From positions 1 through 27,880 of the forward strand of contig CAZHZB010000002.1 in NCBI GenBank assembly GCA_964537045.1: a stretch of 27,880 bases of DNA, read 5' to 3'. Source of the stretch: an uncultured Candidatus Bathyarchaeia archaeon. GTDB lineage: Archaea > Thermoproteota > Bathyarchaeia > Bathyarchaeales > Bathycorpusculaceae. This document shows, in pieces, positions 16,548-25,148 of the stretch. How positions within the stretch are numbered: the stretch's first letter is position 1; the number at the start of each line of letters is the position of its first letter. The position numbers and the translations under genes were made by a program. The notes beneath the pieces are model-generated. The model was given only the letters and a program-made list of their open reading frames with translations, made no database searches and had not been told where the DNA came from.

Positions 16548-17594
16548 TTGATCGAGATTGACGGCAGCAAAAAAGGAGGAAGCGGCACAATCCTCAGGGT
16601 GTCCGTCGCTCTGTCAGCCATAAAGGGCCAACCACTTCACATATACAAAATCAGACACAACAGGCCACAACCCGGCCTGAAACCTCAACACCTAGAAGCC
16701 GTTCTGACGGCTGCAAGGCTTTGCGATGCTAAAGTTGAAGGTGCAAAAATCAATTCGCAGGAACTGTGGTTCGATCCGAGAGAAATCAGAGGCGGAAAAG
16801 TCGAAGCTGAAATAGGAACTGCGGGAAGCATCTCCATGCTTTTGATGACAGTCCTGCCCGTCTGTGCTTACGCAAAGAACTCGGTTGAGCTGCACGTTAC
16901 CAAGGGCGGAACAGACGTTTCACACGCACCCACAATCAATTACCTGCGCTTCGTACTTTTGCCAATACTCAAGAGAATGGGGTTGAACGCGACCATCAAC
17001 GTGCGCAAGTATGGCTATTACCCAAAAGGGAACGGTGAAGTAATAGCGACAGTCGAGCCTGCGAGAAATTTGAAAGCTCTGCAACTGGAAAGTCACGGAA
17101 ACATAAAGACCATCAAAGGAGTATCGGTCTGCACGTTCCTTGCTGAAAGGAAGGTCGCTGAAAGACAAGCGAGGACGGCGGAAGATTATTTCAGAAAAAA
17201 AGGTTTCAAGCCGGACATTCAGATAATCAACGACATGTCCAACCCGCTGCAGAAAGGCAGTTCACTTGTGCTCTGGGTTGAAACCGACACCGAAGTGATC
17301 CTTGGCTCGGACGCAATCGGCGAATTGAAGAAGACAAGCGAAAGAGTTGGCGAAGAAGCTTCCCAGAAGCTTTGGGAGGAAATCTCTGCAAAACCAACCG
17401 TCGACGCACATCTGGCTGATTTGATCCTTCCGTACGTGGCCTTGGCTCCAGGCGAATCAGTATACCTGACGCGGACGATGTCAGAACATCTGGAAACGAA
17501 CATTTGGCTGGCCGAAGAGATACTAAAGGTCAAATTCAAAACCGAAAAGACAGATGGGCTATACAGAATTGAAAAAGTTGGCAATACCGAATGA
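16548..17594 (+). CDS. rtcA: RNA 3'-terminal phosphate cyclase
   Basis: IEIDGS..GGxGTILR, RPQPGLKPQH, GTAGSI, GGTDV..AP, GYYPKGNG, VDAHLAD (catalytic His). Confidence 0.95.
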   Translation: MIEIDGSKKGGSGTILRVSVALSAIKGQPLHIYKIRHNRPQPGLKPQHLEAVLTAARLCDAKVEGAKINSQELWFDPREIRGGKVEAEIGTAGSISMLLMTVLPVCAYAKNSVELHVTKGGTDVSHAPTINYLRFVLLPILKRMGLNATINVRKYGYYPKGNGEVIATVEPARNLKALQLESHGNIKTIKGVSVCTFLAERKVAERQARTAEDYFRKKGFKPDIQIINDMSNPLQKGSSLVLWVETDTEVILGSDAIGELKKTSERVGEEASQKLWEEISAKPTVDAHLADLILPYVALAPGESVYLTRTMSEHLETNIWLAEEILKVKFKTEKTDGLYRIEKVGNTE

Positions 17595-18385
17595 GCGATA
17601 CCAGTCGGAAGAAGCTAATCCAGGAGTACTATTCTGCTAGGGCAAACGATTATGATCGACAGAAAAACAGAACCTGGAAGTCGAGTCGAGGTTTTGGAAA
17701 AGAGGTATTCAAGGAAATATTGCGAGGGCTCAAGAACTGCCAGAAAAAGCTGCTGCTGGAAGTCGGCGTTGGAAGCGGCAGAAATGTAAAACCAGTCCTT
17801 GAAAATATCAATCTGTATCTTGTCGGACTTGACCTCTCAAAAGAAATGTTAAGAACCGCTAGAACCAAGTTGATCCCTCACAAGCAAAGCTTCGACCTGA
17901 TTCTTGGCGATGCGGAACACTTGCCGTTCGTTGACGAAACGCTTGACGCGATTCTATGCATGAGCACAATGCACTATTTCACGAACCAAGAGAGAATCCT
18001 TGGCAACTTCAGACAACTGCTAAAAAAGAACGGGGTTTTCATCTATGGCGATTTGTCGCCACAAGAGTCAGATGACGAAGAGTTTTTGGAGACTCTGGAA
18101 AGAACAATCTCAAAAGCACATGCAAGATACTACAAAGCTTCAGAAATCAACTGGTTAATGGAAAAGAATGGATTTCACGTCAACAGAACAAGAACCATCG
18201 ATTACCGAAAAAGCTATGATGCATTAATCGAAGACAAAGGAATATATTTCGGTGTCGGAACCGACGAACTCCAAAGGCTGACACATGCAGCTACCCCAAA
18301 AGCGAAAAGACAATACAGCCTGACAGACACTGAAATGACCCTATTATACACTGTTATCAATGCAACCAAGGAGAAGATCATGTGA
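17591..18385 (+). CDS. Class I SAM-dependent methyltransferase (UbiE/Methyltransf_11-like), substrate unknown
   Basis: LLEVGVGSG (motif I), GLDLSKEML, GDAEHLPF.DETLD, LKKNG. ATGA overlap with rtcA. Confidence 0.88.
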   Translation: MSDTSRKKLIQEYYSARANDYDRQKNRTWKSSRGFGKEVFKEILRGLKNCQKKLLLEVGVGSGRNVKPVLENINLYLVGLDLSKEMLRTARTKLIPHKQSFDLILGDAEHLPFVDETLDAILCMSTMHYFTNQERILGNFRQLLKKNGVFIYGDLSPQESDDEEFLETLERTISKAHARYYKASEINWLMEKNGFHVNRTRTIDYRKSYDALIEDKGIYFGVGTDELQRLTHAATPKAKRQYSLTDTEMTLLYTVINATKEKIM

Positions 18386-18389
18386 TCTA

Positions 18390-19457
18390 ATGTCAAAACA
18401 AGCCATTTGCCTCAAAATTCCAAAACTGCAGGGCCAGAAAACCCTCGTTCTAACAACCCGGCTCAGACTCGTCGACAGAGAACTGGAAATCGAGGAAAAC
18501 GGCAACTACCTCAACATTCCCCTTGCCAATCAACCTTCTCCCAGCGACTTCGAAACGCTCAAGAAAGAAGGAATCAATTTCGAGGTCTCAACTCAACTGT
18601 TCAAGCAAAGAAAGAAAAAGCCCTCACTTCCTGAGCTACTAGAATCTGAATTACCTATTAGTCTGATGGCGAGTCTACCGCATGCTGCAGACTTCATAGG
18701 TGAAATAGCCATAATTGAAATACCGCCCGAACTTGAACCCCATGAAAAAATCATCGGTAAAGCATTTCTAAGAGTACACAAAAATGTTCGCACAGTTCTA
18801 GCAAAAGCAGGTGCCGTCAGTGGAGCTTACCGATTGAGAGAATTCACTGTGATAGCCGGAGAACCCTCGACCGAAACGGTTCACAAAGAATCCGGATGTC
18901 TATTCAAGGTAGACGTTGCGAAGGCCTATTTTTCACCAAGACTGTCGAACGAACATAACAGAATCGCAGCTCTCGTTAGAGAGGGAGAAACGGTTGTAGA
19001 CTTGTTCGCAGGTGTCGGCCCATTCGCAATACTCATAGCCAAAACCCATGAAAGCGTGAAAGTCTACGCCGTGGACGCCAATCCCTATGCAGTGGATTAT
19101 ATGAAGACCAACATTCGACTCAACAGAGTGATGAACAAAGTCCATACTCAACTAGGAGACGCTCGGCAAATCACGAACGAGAAACTATCAGGCGTTGCTG
19201 ATCGCGTCATAATGAACCTGCCAGAGAAAGCCATCGAATTCGTCGATGTCGCATGCCGAGCATTGAAATCGAGTGGAGGCGTGATACACTTCTACACTTT
19301 CGTCGACGTGTCCAGTTCAATAGAGAACAAGAAACGCGATTTCAAAGAGGCGGTTGAGAAATCAGGAAGGAAAATCGAAGAGTTTCTATCTTTCAGAGTG
19401 GTCCGCGAGACAGCTCCTTATGAGTGGCAGGCTGTTGTCGACGCACAGATTCGTTAA
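18390..19457 (+). CDS. trm5: tRNA (guanine-37-N1)-methyltransferase Trm5 (aTrm5b/c-like, with N-terminal D1 domain)
   Basis: IGEIAII, G.YRLREF.VIAGE..T.HKESG..F.VD...YFSPRL..E..R, DLFAGVGPFAI, RVIMNLP. Confidence 0.92.
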   Translation: MSKQAICLKIPKLQGQKTLVLTTRLRLVDRELEIEENGNYLNIPLANQPSPSDFETLKKEGINFEVSTQLFKQRKKKPSLPELLESELPISLMASLPHAADFIGEIAIIEIPPELEPHEKIIGKAFLRVHKNVRTVLAKAGAVSGAYRLREFTVIAGEPSTETVHKESGCLFKVDVAKAYFSPRLSNEHNRIAALVREGETVVDLFAGVGPFAILIAKTHESVKVYAVDANPYAVDYMKTNIRLNRVMNKVHTQLGDARQITNEKLSGVADRVIMNLPEKAIEFVDVACRALKSSGGVIHFYTFVDVSSSIENKKRDFKEAVEKSGRKIEEFLSFRVVRETAPYEWQAVVDAQIR

Positions 19458-19888
19458 GTTCTTGCGATCAAGGTAATTCTGACTTTCTGGTTGGGATTCC
19501 TTGATCGGTTGACAAGTTCTCTTGACAGTTCATTTGCAGCTTTGTCCGCATGAATCGCCAACGTCCGGTTGCATACGTACCCACTTTTTCTGACAATAAT
19601 ATCGGTTGGATGCATAAGGGCTAAACGAGAATTTCCAATAGCAGTCACGATTTCAGTGACTCCGTTCGCTTCGATCAAGACAGTGATTTTCGCACCGTCC
19701 TTGCGAAGGTTCTCTTTGAACTCGGGGCTGAGGTCATCTAGCGCTTTGTTTGCACCCACTGCGATGATGCAATCGCCATCTCTTGACAGGTGAGTTTCTT
19801 TTGTAATTTCGAACGTTGTTCTATGCGTAGCGGTTACATTCTCATGTCCGTGGGCAATGATTGTTTCTCTCAGTTCGGTTGGACACAA
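19454..19888 (-). CDS. DUF371 family protein
   Basis: AHGHENVTATHRTTFEITKE.HLS..GDCIIAV.A and IIVRKS.Y...RTL.I.ADKAA. Confidence 0.88.
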   Translation of the reverse strand: MCPTELRETIIAHGHENVTATHRTTFEITKETHLSRDGDCIIAVGANKALDDLSPEFKENLRKDGAKITVLIEANGVTEIVTAIGNSRLALMHPTDIIVRKSGYVCNRTLAIHADKAANELSRELVNRSRNPNQKVRITLIART

Positions 19889-19889
19889 G

Positions 19890-20855
19890 CTACTCCAAGA
19901 CCTCTATCGAGTCAACTTTTCCGTCGCCGTCTAGATCGAATCCTTGAATGACCTTGGCGAAGGTTTCATCCCCGTGGTAGTTTTTCAGGGTTCTACTCCA
20001 GAAATTGGTCAGAGCCAGCACACAAGCTTTTGTGCCTACAGCCTTGTTCCCTGCGAGCACGATGATCCGTTTGTTGCTGTCCCAAGGGTTGACGATCTTC
20101 GCCACTAACCCCATATTGTCTGCCGTGTACACAGCTGAAGTTCTTTTGGAAACTAGTCCCCCGAATAGAAAACCTTCGTTTGAAGAATGCATGTCAAACC
20201 TGATCGGTAAGTGTTCGTTTACTTCCTGTGTCAACAGGTTAGTGCCAGGACCGCCGACGAGTATTAGATTGTTCTTCTCTTCTTTTTCTGCTTTGACGTC
20301 GACGTCGAGTTTTATCGCAAACTCGTCAGGCATTCGAACAAACTGACCCAGGAAGAAGGCTAGATGAGAGGCGTAGTGGCCGTCTCTGGCGCTTGTTTTG
20401 AATGGCCCGTGGGGTGTTGGGCTGCCTACGACTATTTTTCCATCAAAAGTGTCGTCTTCTTTGATTAGTTCTCTGAAAAAAGTGTGTACTTTGTCTTCCA
20501 TACTCAAGAGTGAGAGCTTTTTTATCGGTCTGTATCCTTGTGGAAGATCAATTCCAAAAGCCGATGAGGCGGCTCTGAAGTATTTTGCAGTGGCACCTTT
20601 TTTCACTTCTTCTCTCGTTACCACTATTGCGCCTGCCTTCTCGAGTTTTCTTATGTGATAGTAGACTTTCTGTTCGTGAATGTGCAGAACCTTTGCAATT
20701 TCAAGAGGATACATTTCTTTTTCAGAAAGCATCCGCAGAATCTTCCAACTCAGTTTGTTGAATATCAGTTTCAGCCGCTGCGGATCCTCCACTAACATGA
20801 TTTCCTTGACTTTCTGGGTTTTTCCATCATCCTTTAAGAGCAGTTTCTTGTCCAA
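19890..20855 (-). CDS. ArsR-like HTH regulator with C-terminal putative ligand domain (NLILVGGP..N) and terminal DxDxDG motif
   Basis: N-terminal WKIL..LSEKEMYPLEIAK.L..HEQKVYYHIRKLEKAG.I. C-terminal IVVGSPTPHGP...ARDGHYA, NLILVGGPGTN, GFDLDGDGKVDSIE. Confidence 0.8.
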   Translation of the reverse strand: MDKKLLLKDDGKTQKVKEIMLVEDPQRLKLIFNKLSWKILRMLSEKEMYPLEIAKVLHIHEQKVYYHIRKLEKAGAIVVTREEVKKGATAKYFRAASSAFGIDLPQGYRPIKKLSLLSMEDKVHTFFRELIKEDDTFDGKIVVGSPTPHGPFKTSARDGHYASHLAFFLGQFVRMPDEFAIKLDVDVKAEKEEKNNLILVGGPGTNLLTQEVNEHLPIRFDMHSSNEGFLFGGLVSKRTSAVYTADNMGLVAKIVNPWDSNKRIIVLAGNKAVGTKACVLALTNFWSRTLKNYHGDETFAKVIQGFDLDGDGKVDSIEVLE

Positions 20856-20893
20856 GATTCATCCGTGCCAAAGGATTAGAAATGAAAAGAACC

Positions 20894-20906
20894 TTTATAA
20901 CTTTTT
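20894..20906 (-). promoter_or_regulatory. BRE/TATA promoter of the HTH regulator
   Basis: Minus strand AAAAAG-TTATAAA about 40 nt upstream of TTG 20855. Confidence 0.5.
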
Positions 20907-21072
20907 TATTAATGCCCAAGAAAAATCATGAAGAAAAATCGTTTATCGATGTTGCCATTTGAATAATAGATCTAAGATTTCTGTTAGAACTCAGGTTTAA
21001 GTATTAACAATGCTTATTACCGAAAAACTGTTTCCATGGGACTTACTGCAACGAGAAATTGAGGCACTCTTG

Positions 21073-22902
21073 ATGTGTGGAATATTCGGCTGCATCCTGG
21101 AAGAAAAGAACGCTGCTCCGATCATACATGCAGCGCTGAAAAGACTTGAATATCGAGGCTACGATTCCGTTGGAGAAGCCACGCTACACGAAGGAAAACT
21201 CCACGTAAAAAAGGATCAGGGAAAAATCGACGATGTCCATAGACTGCGCAACCTAGATGACCTCCCTGGAAGCATCGGTATCGGACACACAAGATGGGCA
21301 ACGCACGGCGCCCCCCTCCAAGTGAATTCACATCCCCACACTGACTGCAACGAACAAATAGCAGTTGTCCACAACGGAATCATTGAGAATTTTGATGAAC
21401 TGCGCACCGATCTTGAGAATCACGGTCACACTTTCAAATCCAAGACGGATACGGAAGTTGTACCTCATCTTATCGAAGAGATTCTGAGAAACAATCCTTC
21501 TCTTGGTTTGACTGGCGCCGTTGCCGAGGCTGTGAAGAAGCTCCAAGGATCCTACGCCATCGCTGTCATCTCGTCAGAGGAACCAGACAAGATAGTCTGT
21601 GTTCGAAACGAAAGCCCGCTTGTCATCGGAGTCAACGAAAAAGACGTTTTCTTCTCTTCAGATATTCCAGCCTTTCTTCCCCTGACTAACAAAGTATTGA
21701 TAGTTGAAGATGGCGAAATCGTGACAATTTCGCTGGGAAAAGCTGAGATTAGGAAAATAGCGGACTCAAGAATTGTCTCACGAGAACCTAAAGCCGTTGA
21801 TTGGAGCCCAGAAATGGCAGTCAAGCAAGGCTACCCGCATTTCATGATAAAAGAAATTCACGAACAACCTGACTGCCTGCGCAACACTCTCAGGGTTCAA
21901 GAGCACTATGCAGATCTCATGTCAACTTTCTTAGATCGTGCTCGAGACGTTTACATGGTAGCTTGCGGGACATCTTATCACGCGTGTTTAGCGGCATCAT
22001 ATATGTTCTCAAAACTCGCTTTTCTACCCACTTACCCAATAATAGCATCCGAATTCGTAGAACAATGCGGAAAATCAGTCAACATCGACAGCACCATCCT
22101 TGCAGTGAGCCAATCGGGAGAAACCGCAGACACTCTAGCCTCCGTCAGCACTGCACGCGAGCGAGCAGCCACAATTCTGGGATTGACCAACGCAATTGGC
22201 TCAACTTTGACAAGGGTTTCGAGAGTCTACATCGGCCAGCAGTCTGGACCAGAAATAGGTGTTGCAGCAACGAAAACCTTCACTTCGCAGCTTTCGGTAA
22301 TGGCCCAACTGGCATTGAGGCTCGCAAAGAAACGCGGCAAGGTTTCACAGGATGAGATGGACTACCTCGCTGAAAAAATGAAAAAACTTCCAGACATAGT
22401 CCAAGAAATTATCCTCAAACAAGAGGAAAAGACGAAGCAAATGGCTAGGAAGTACAAGGACGCAAAAGCTTTCTTCTTCCTTGGCAGAGGCATAAATACT
22501 GCGACGGCATATGAGGGCAGACTCAAGCTGATGGAAATCGCCTATATACCTGCCATAGCCTTTCCTGCAGGAGAGAGTAAGCACGGGCCGATCAGCCTTG
22601 TAGAACCAGGTTTTCCAGTGGTTTTCGTATGTGCAAAAGATGGAACTCACAAAACGCTGATTGGAAACATAATGGAAATGAAGGCTAGAGGTGCTTCAAT
22701 AATCGCCATTGTGGAAGAAGGAGATGAAGAGATCAAGAAACTGGCGGACGACTACATTGAAGTGCCGAAAGACATCCCGGAAGTTCTGTCACCCGTACCG
22801 TTCGTCGTCCCATTACAGATGCTGGCATACTACATGGCCGTGGAGAGAGGCCTCAACCCAGACAGACCCAGAAATCTAGCCAAATCAGTAACGGTCAAAT
22901 AG
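21073..22902 (+). CDS. glmS: Glutamine--fructose-6-phosphate transaminase (isomerizing)
   Basis: N-terminal nucleophile MCGIFG, RLEYRGYDS, GHTRWATHG, HNGIIEN, SQSGETADT, VAATKTF, KHGP, DRPRNLAKSVTV. GAGG RBS before ATG 21073. Confidence 0.97.
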   Translation: MCGIFGCILEEKNAAPIIHAALKRLEYRGYDSVGEATLHEGKLHVKKDQGKIDDVHRLRNLDDLPGSIGIGHTRWATHGAPLQVNSHPHTDCNEQIAVVHNGIIENFDELRTDLENHGHTFKSKTDTEVVPHLIEEILRNNPSLGLTGAVAEAVKKLQGSYAIAVISSEEPDKIVCVRNESPLVIGVNEKDVFFSSDIPAFLPLTNKVLIVEDGEIVTISLGKAEIRKIADSRIVSREPKAVDWSPEMAVKQGYPHFMIKEIHEQPDCLRNTLRVQEHYADLMSTFLDRARDVYMVACGTSYHACLAASYMFSKLAFLPTYPIIASEFVEQCGKSVNIDSTILAVSQSGETADTLASVSTARERAATILGLTNAIGSTLTRVSRVYIGQQSGPEIGVAATKTFTSQLSVMAQLALRLAKKRGKVSQDEMDYLAEKMKKLPDIVQEIILKQEEKTKQMARKYKDAKAFFFLGRGINTATAYEGRLKLMEIAYIPAIAFPAGESKHGPISLVEPGFPVVFVCAKDGTHKTLIGNIMEMKARGASIIAIVEEGDEEIKKLADDYIEVPKDIPEVLSPVPFVVPLQMLAYYMAVERGLNPDRPRNLAKSVTVK

Positions 22903-22928
22903 ACAAAACAAGCGTAACAGAGCGCTTC

Positions 22929-23186
22929 CTATCGGCGCCTCCCACCAAAAGCCATTCCTTGCCTCAGCGTCCCAGTCACATTGTTCTTGAGCTCTTCAAA
23001 ACAAACGCTCAGACGCTCAGCGTCTTCCTTTGACATACCGGCAATCATGAGTTGTCTCTCGAAAGCTCTTCTTGCTTTTCGCACTCGCCTGCCTAGAGTG
23101 AGATACGTGTACAATAGACTCAGGGACGCGCGAGCAAGGTAAGGAGATCCTTTGATCAGATCGGCAACCGTTGACGCTGCACTCAA
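22929..23186 (-). CDS. Hypothetical protein (85 aa; hydrophobic helix + basic patch + shared helical motif)
   Basis: ORF 11 nt downstream of the previous gene's stop. Shares an ungapped motif with 23198-23545. Confidence 0.7.
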   Translation of the reverse strand: MSAASTVADLIKGSPYLARASLSLLYTYLTLGRRVRKARRAFERQLMIAGMSKEDAERLSVCFEELKNNVTGTLRQGMAFGGRRR

Positions 23187-23197
23187 TGCTGATCATC

Positions 23198-23545
23198 TCA
23201 CAATTCCTGTTCCATTTTTTCACGGACTTTTCTTTTGACTTCTTCGACGACATCTCCGCTTCTTTCGGAAGATATTCTGCTGCCTCTCATCATATCACCA
23301 ATGTTTGTGAAAGTTCGCATATAGTCTTCGGTCAACTTCACGGCTACTTGTTCAGGCAACCCCCCTGCTTTTAGTTCCTTGTAGTACGCTGCTGCAGCTT
23401 TACCCATGTTCTTTCCAGCCTCTTCGGAAAAGACCGTGGAGAGCAGGTTCTTTATTAGTCCTGGAACCTCTTCTGAAACCACTTTCAGTATTTCTTTGAC
23501 GTCCTCCGGCCTTTCCCTCTCGTGTTTCTTTTCTTCGTCAACCAT
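23198..23545 (-). CDS. Hypothetical helical protein (115 aa)
   Basis: Strong RBS GGAGGTGA. Motif GKAAAAYYKELKAGGLPEQVAVKLTEDY. Confidence 0.8.
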   Translation of the reverse strand: MVDEEKKHERERPEDVKEILKVVSEEVPGLIKNLLSTVFSEEAGKNMGKAAAAYYKELKAGGLPEQVAVKLTEDYMRTFTNIGDMMRGSRISSERSGDVVEEVKRKVREKMEQEL

Positions 23546-23566
23546 TCATTTCACCTCCATATCTAT

Positions 23567-23761
23567 CTACAATAGGTTCAGATTGAACCGCGATCGTGCC
23601 CAAGCGACTTCTGGACTTGCCTGTGCTTTTGCGATTCGAGCACGCTCTATCATTTGGACAGTAACTATGACTACTGGCTTAGTTGATCTTGAACTCAGTT
23701 CTACTACAGGAGCAAGTATATCATTGCCTGTACTTGTGTTTTTTACGTGTCCATATTTCAT
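23567..23761 (-). CDS. Small hypothetical protein (64 aa)
   Basis: ATG 23761 preceded by GGAGG. Fills the gap between the wHTH gene and the 115-aa gene in the same orientation. Confidence 0.5.
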   Translation of the reverse strand: MKYGHVKNTSTGNDILAPVVELSSRSTKPVVIVTVQMIERARIAKAQASPEVAWARSRFNLNLL

Positions 23762-23831
23762 GTTTTTCCACGCCTCCAAACAGACATAGGAGTGGTCACT
23801 GCAGTTAGGTATTCTGTGCAAAAATGACCAG

Positions 23832-24278
23832 TCACTGACCATTCTTCTCGACAAGCTCATACGTTGGAACTCTCCCTTCTGTCTTCAACAAAATACCTTT
23901 CGCCAACAATTGTTTCACTCTTTCTCTTATTATCCGTCTGCTTGATTTCCCTCTCATTTGAGCCACTTGCCGTGTTATTGCAGAAACGTTCAGCGGACCC
24001 TTGACAGCCAATGCTTGCACAATACATCTTGAAATGTCATCTTGAGCGATTGGTTTTTGACGGAGATAGCTCTCCGCGTTTTTCAGACGCGAAGCGAGCT
24101 TAAGCGGTTCACCGTACATGCCTATGCCCATTTTCGTCAACCGCAAGGAAGTTGCCAATCCCTGATACTCTGGTTTTTCAAGAATCAACTCTTCTAGAAG
24201 ATCGAGTCGCCGAATTATCTGGTCCAACTTCTTGCATAGCTCCTCTGTACTCGAACCAGAATTCTGTTCGTTACTCAA
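23832..24278 (-). CDS. Coiled-coil + winged-HTH putative transcription regulator (148 aa)
   Basis: N-terminal [21 protein letters not shown] coiled coil. C-terminal [18 protein letters not shown]...[16 protein letters not shown]....YEL wHTH. TTG 24278 with GGAAGAGG, and TTTAAAT box about 50 nt upstream. Confidence 0.75.
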   Translation of the reverse strand: MSNEQNSGSSTEELCKKLDQIIRRLDLLEELILEKPEYQGLATSLRLTKMGIGMYGEPLKLASRLKNAESYLRQKPIAQDDISRCIVQALAVKGPLNVSAITRQVAQMRGKSSRRIIRERVKQLLAKGILLKTEGRVPTYELVEKNGQ

Positions 24279-24458
24279 ACCTCTTCCGACTTCCTGCTCA
24301 GTTGCTTTAGATTGAAGCTTCAGATTTAAATGGTTGACTACAGCTGATTCTGCCCTTGAAAATAGAGACCGCGAAACAGCTCCGAGTGATTCTAGGTTCA
24401 ATTCCTAAATTCAAATGCGTTAATAACCAGTAACCATTGTTTATCTTCGGTGCATCTC

Positions 24459-25136
24459 GTGGAAGCAAACGAATGGGAAAAACTGGTCCAAAACCTAGTA
24501 AAAGAAGGCATCCTTCGTTCTCCAAAGGTCATCGAAACGATGCGCAAAGTTCCCCGCGAGAAATTCCTACCGGAAAACATGCGATCATACGGCGCGGTCG
24601 ATACACCTCTTCCAATAGGTTTTTCACAGACGGCTTCCGCACCGCACATGGTCTCAATAATGAATGAAGCCCTGCAACTCGAGGTCGGCCACAAAGTGCT
24701 GGAAGTAGGCGCGGGTTCAGGGTGGCACGCTGCCACGATAGCTGAGTTGGTGGCACCTAGGACGGCACCGCGAAGCGAGTGGGGACACGTTTACACAATA
24801 GAGATTGTGCAGGGCTTGGCTGATTTTGCCAGAAAAAACATCATGAACAATGGTTACGGTGACAGAGCTTCGATAATTCATGGAGATGGTTCAATGGGCT
24901 TTCCCGAGAGAGCTCCTTACGATCGAATCCTCGCGACTGCTGCGGCACCGAGTGTTCCTAAACCACTCGTTGAACAATTGAAACCGGGAGGAACTATGTT
25001 GATTCCGGTTGGCAGCCTATCGCTGTTCCAAAACCTGATCAAGTTGACTAAGGGCAGTGATGGCAAGACAAAAGAAGAGAATCTGGGCGGAGTGGCCTTT
25101 GTCCCGTTGACCGGGAAATATGGCCACCAGTTCTGA
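24459..25136 (+). CDS. pcm: Protein-L-isoaspartate O-methyltransferase
   Basis: VPREKFLP, QTASAPHMV, VLEVGAGSGWHAA, HGDGSMG..APYDRI..AAA, QLKPGG...PVG, VAFVPL. Start could be 24450. Confidence 0.95.
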   Translation: MEANEWEKLVQNLVKEGILRSPKVIETMRKVPREKFLPENMRSYGAVDTPLPIGFSQTASAPHMVSIMNEALQLEVGHKVLEVGAGSGWHAATIAELVAPRTAPRSEWGHVYTIEIVQGLADFARKNIMNNGYGDRASIIHGDGSMGFPERAPYDRILATAAAPSVPKPLVEQLKPGGTMLIPVGSLSLFQNLIKLTKGSDGKTKEENLGGVAFVPLTGKYGHQF

Positions 25137-25148
25137 TGGATCAGTCAC

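Noticed and set aside
20856-21072. glmS ribozyme upstream of glmS
   Set aside because: The region is AT-rich promoter DNA with a short predicted leader and no ribozyme core; the element is known from bacteria.
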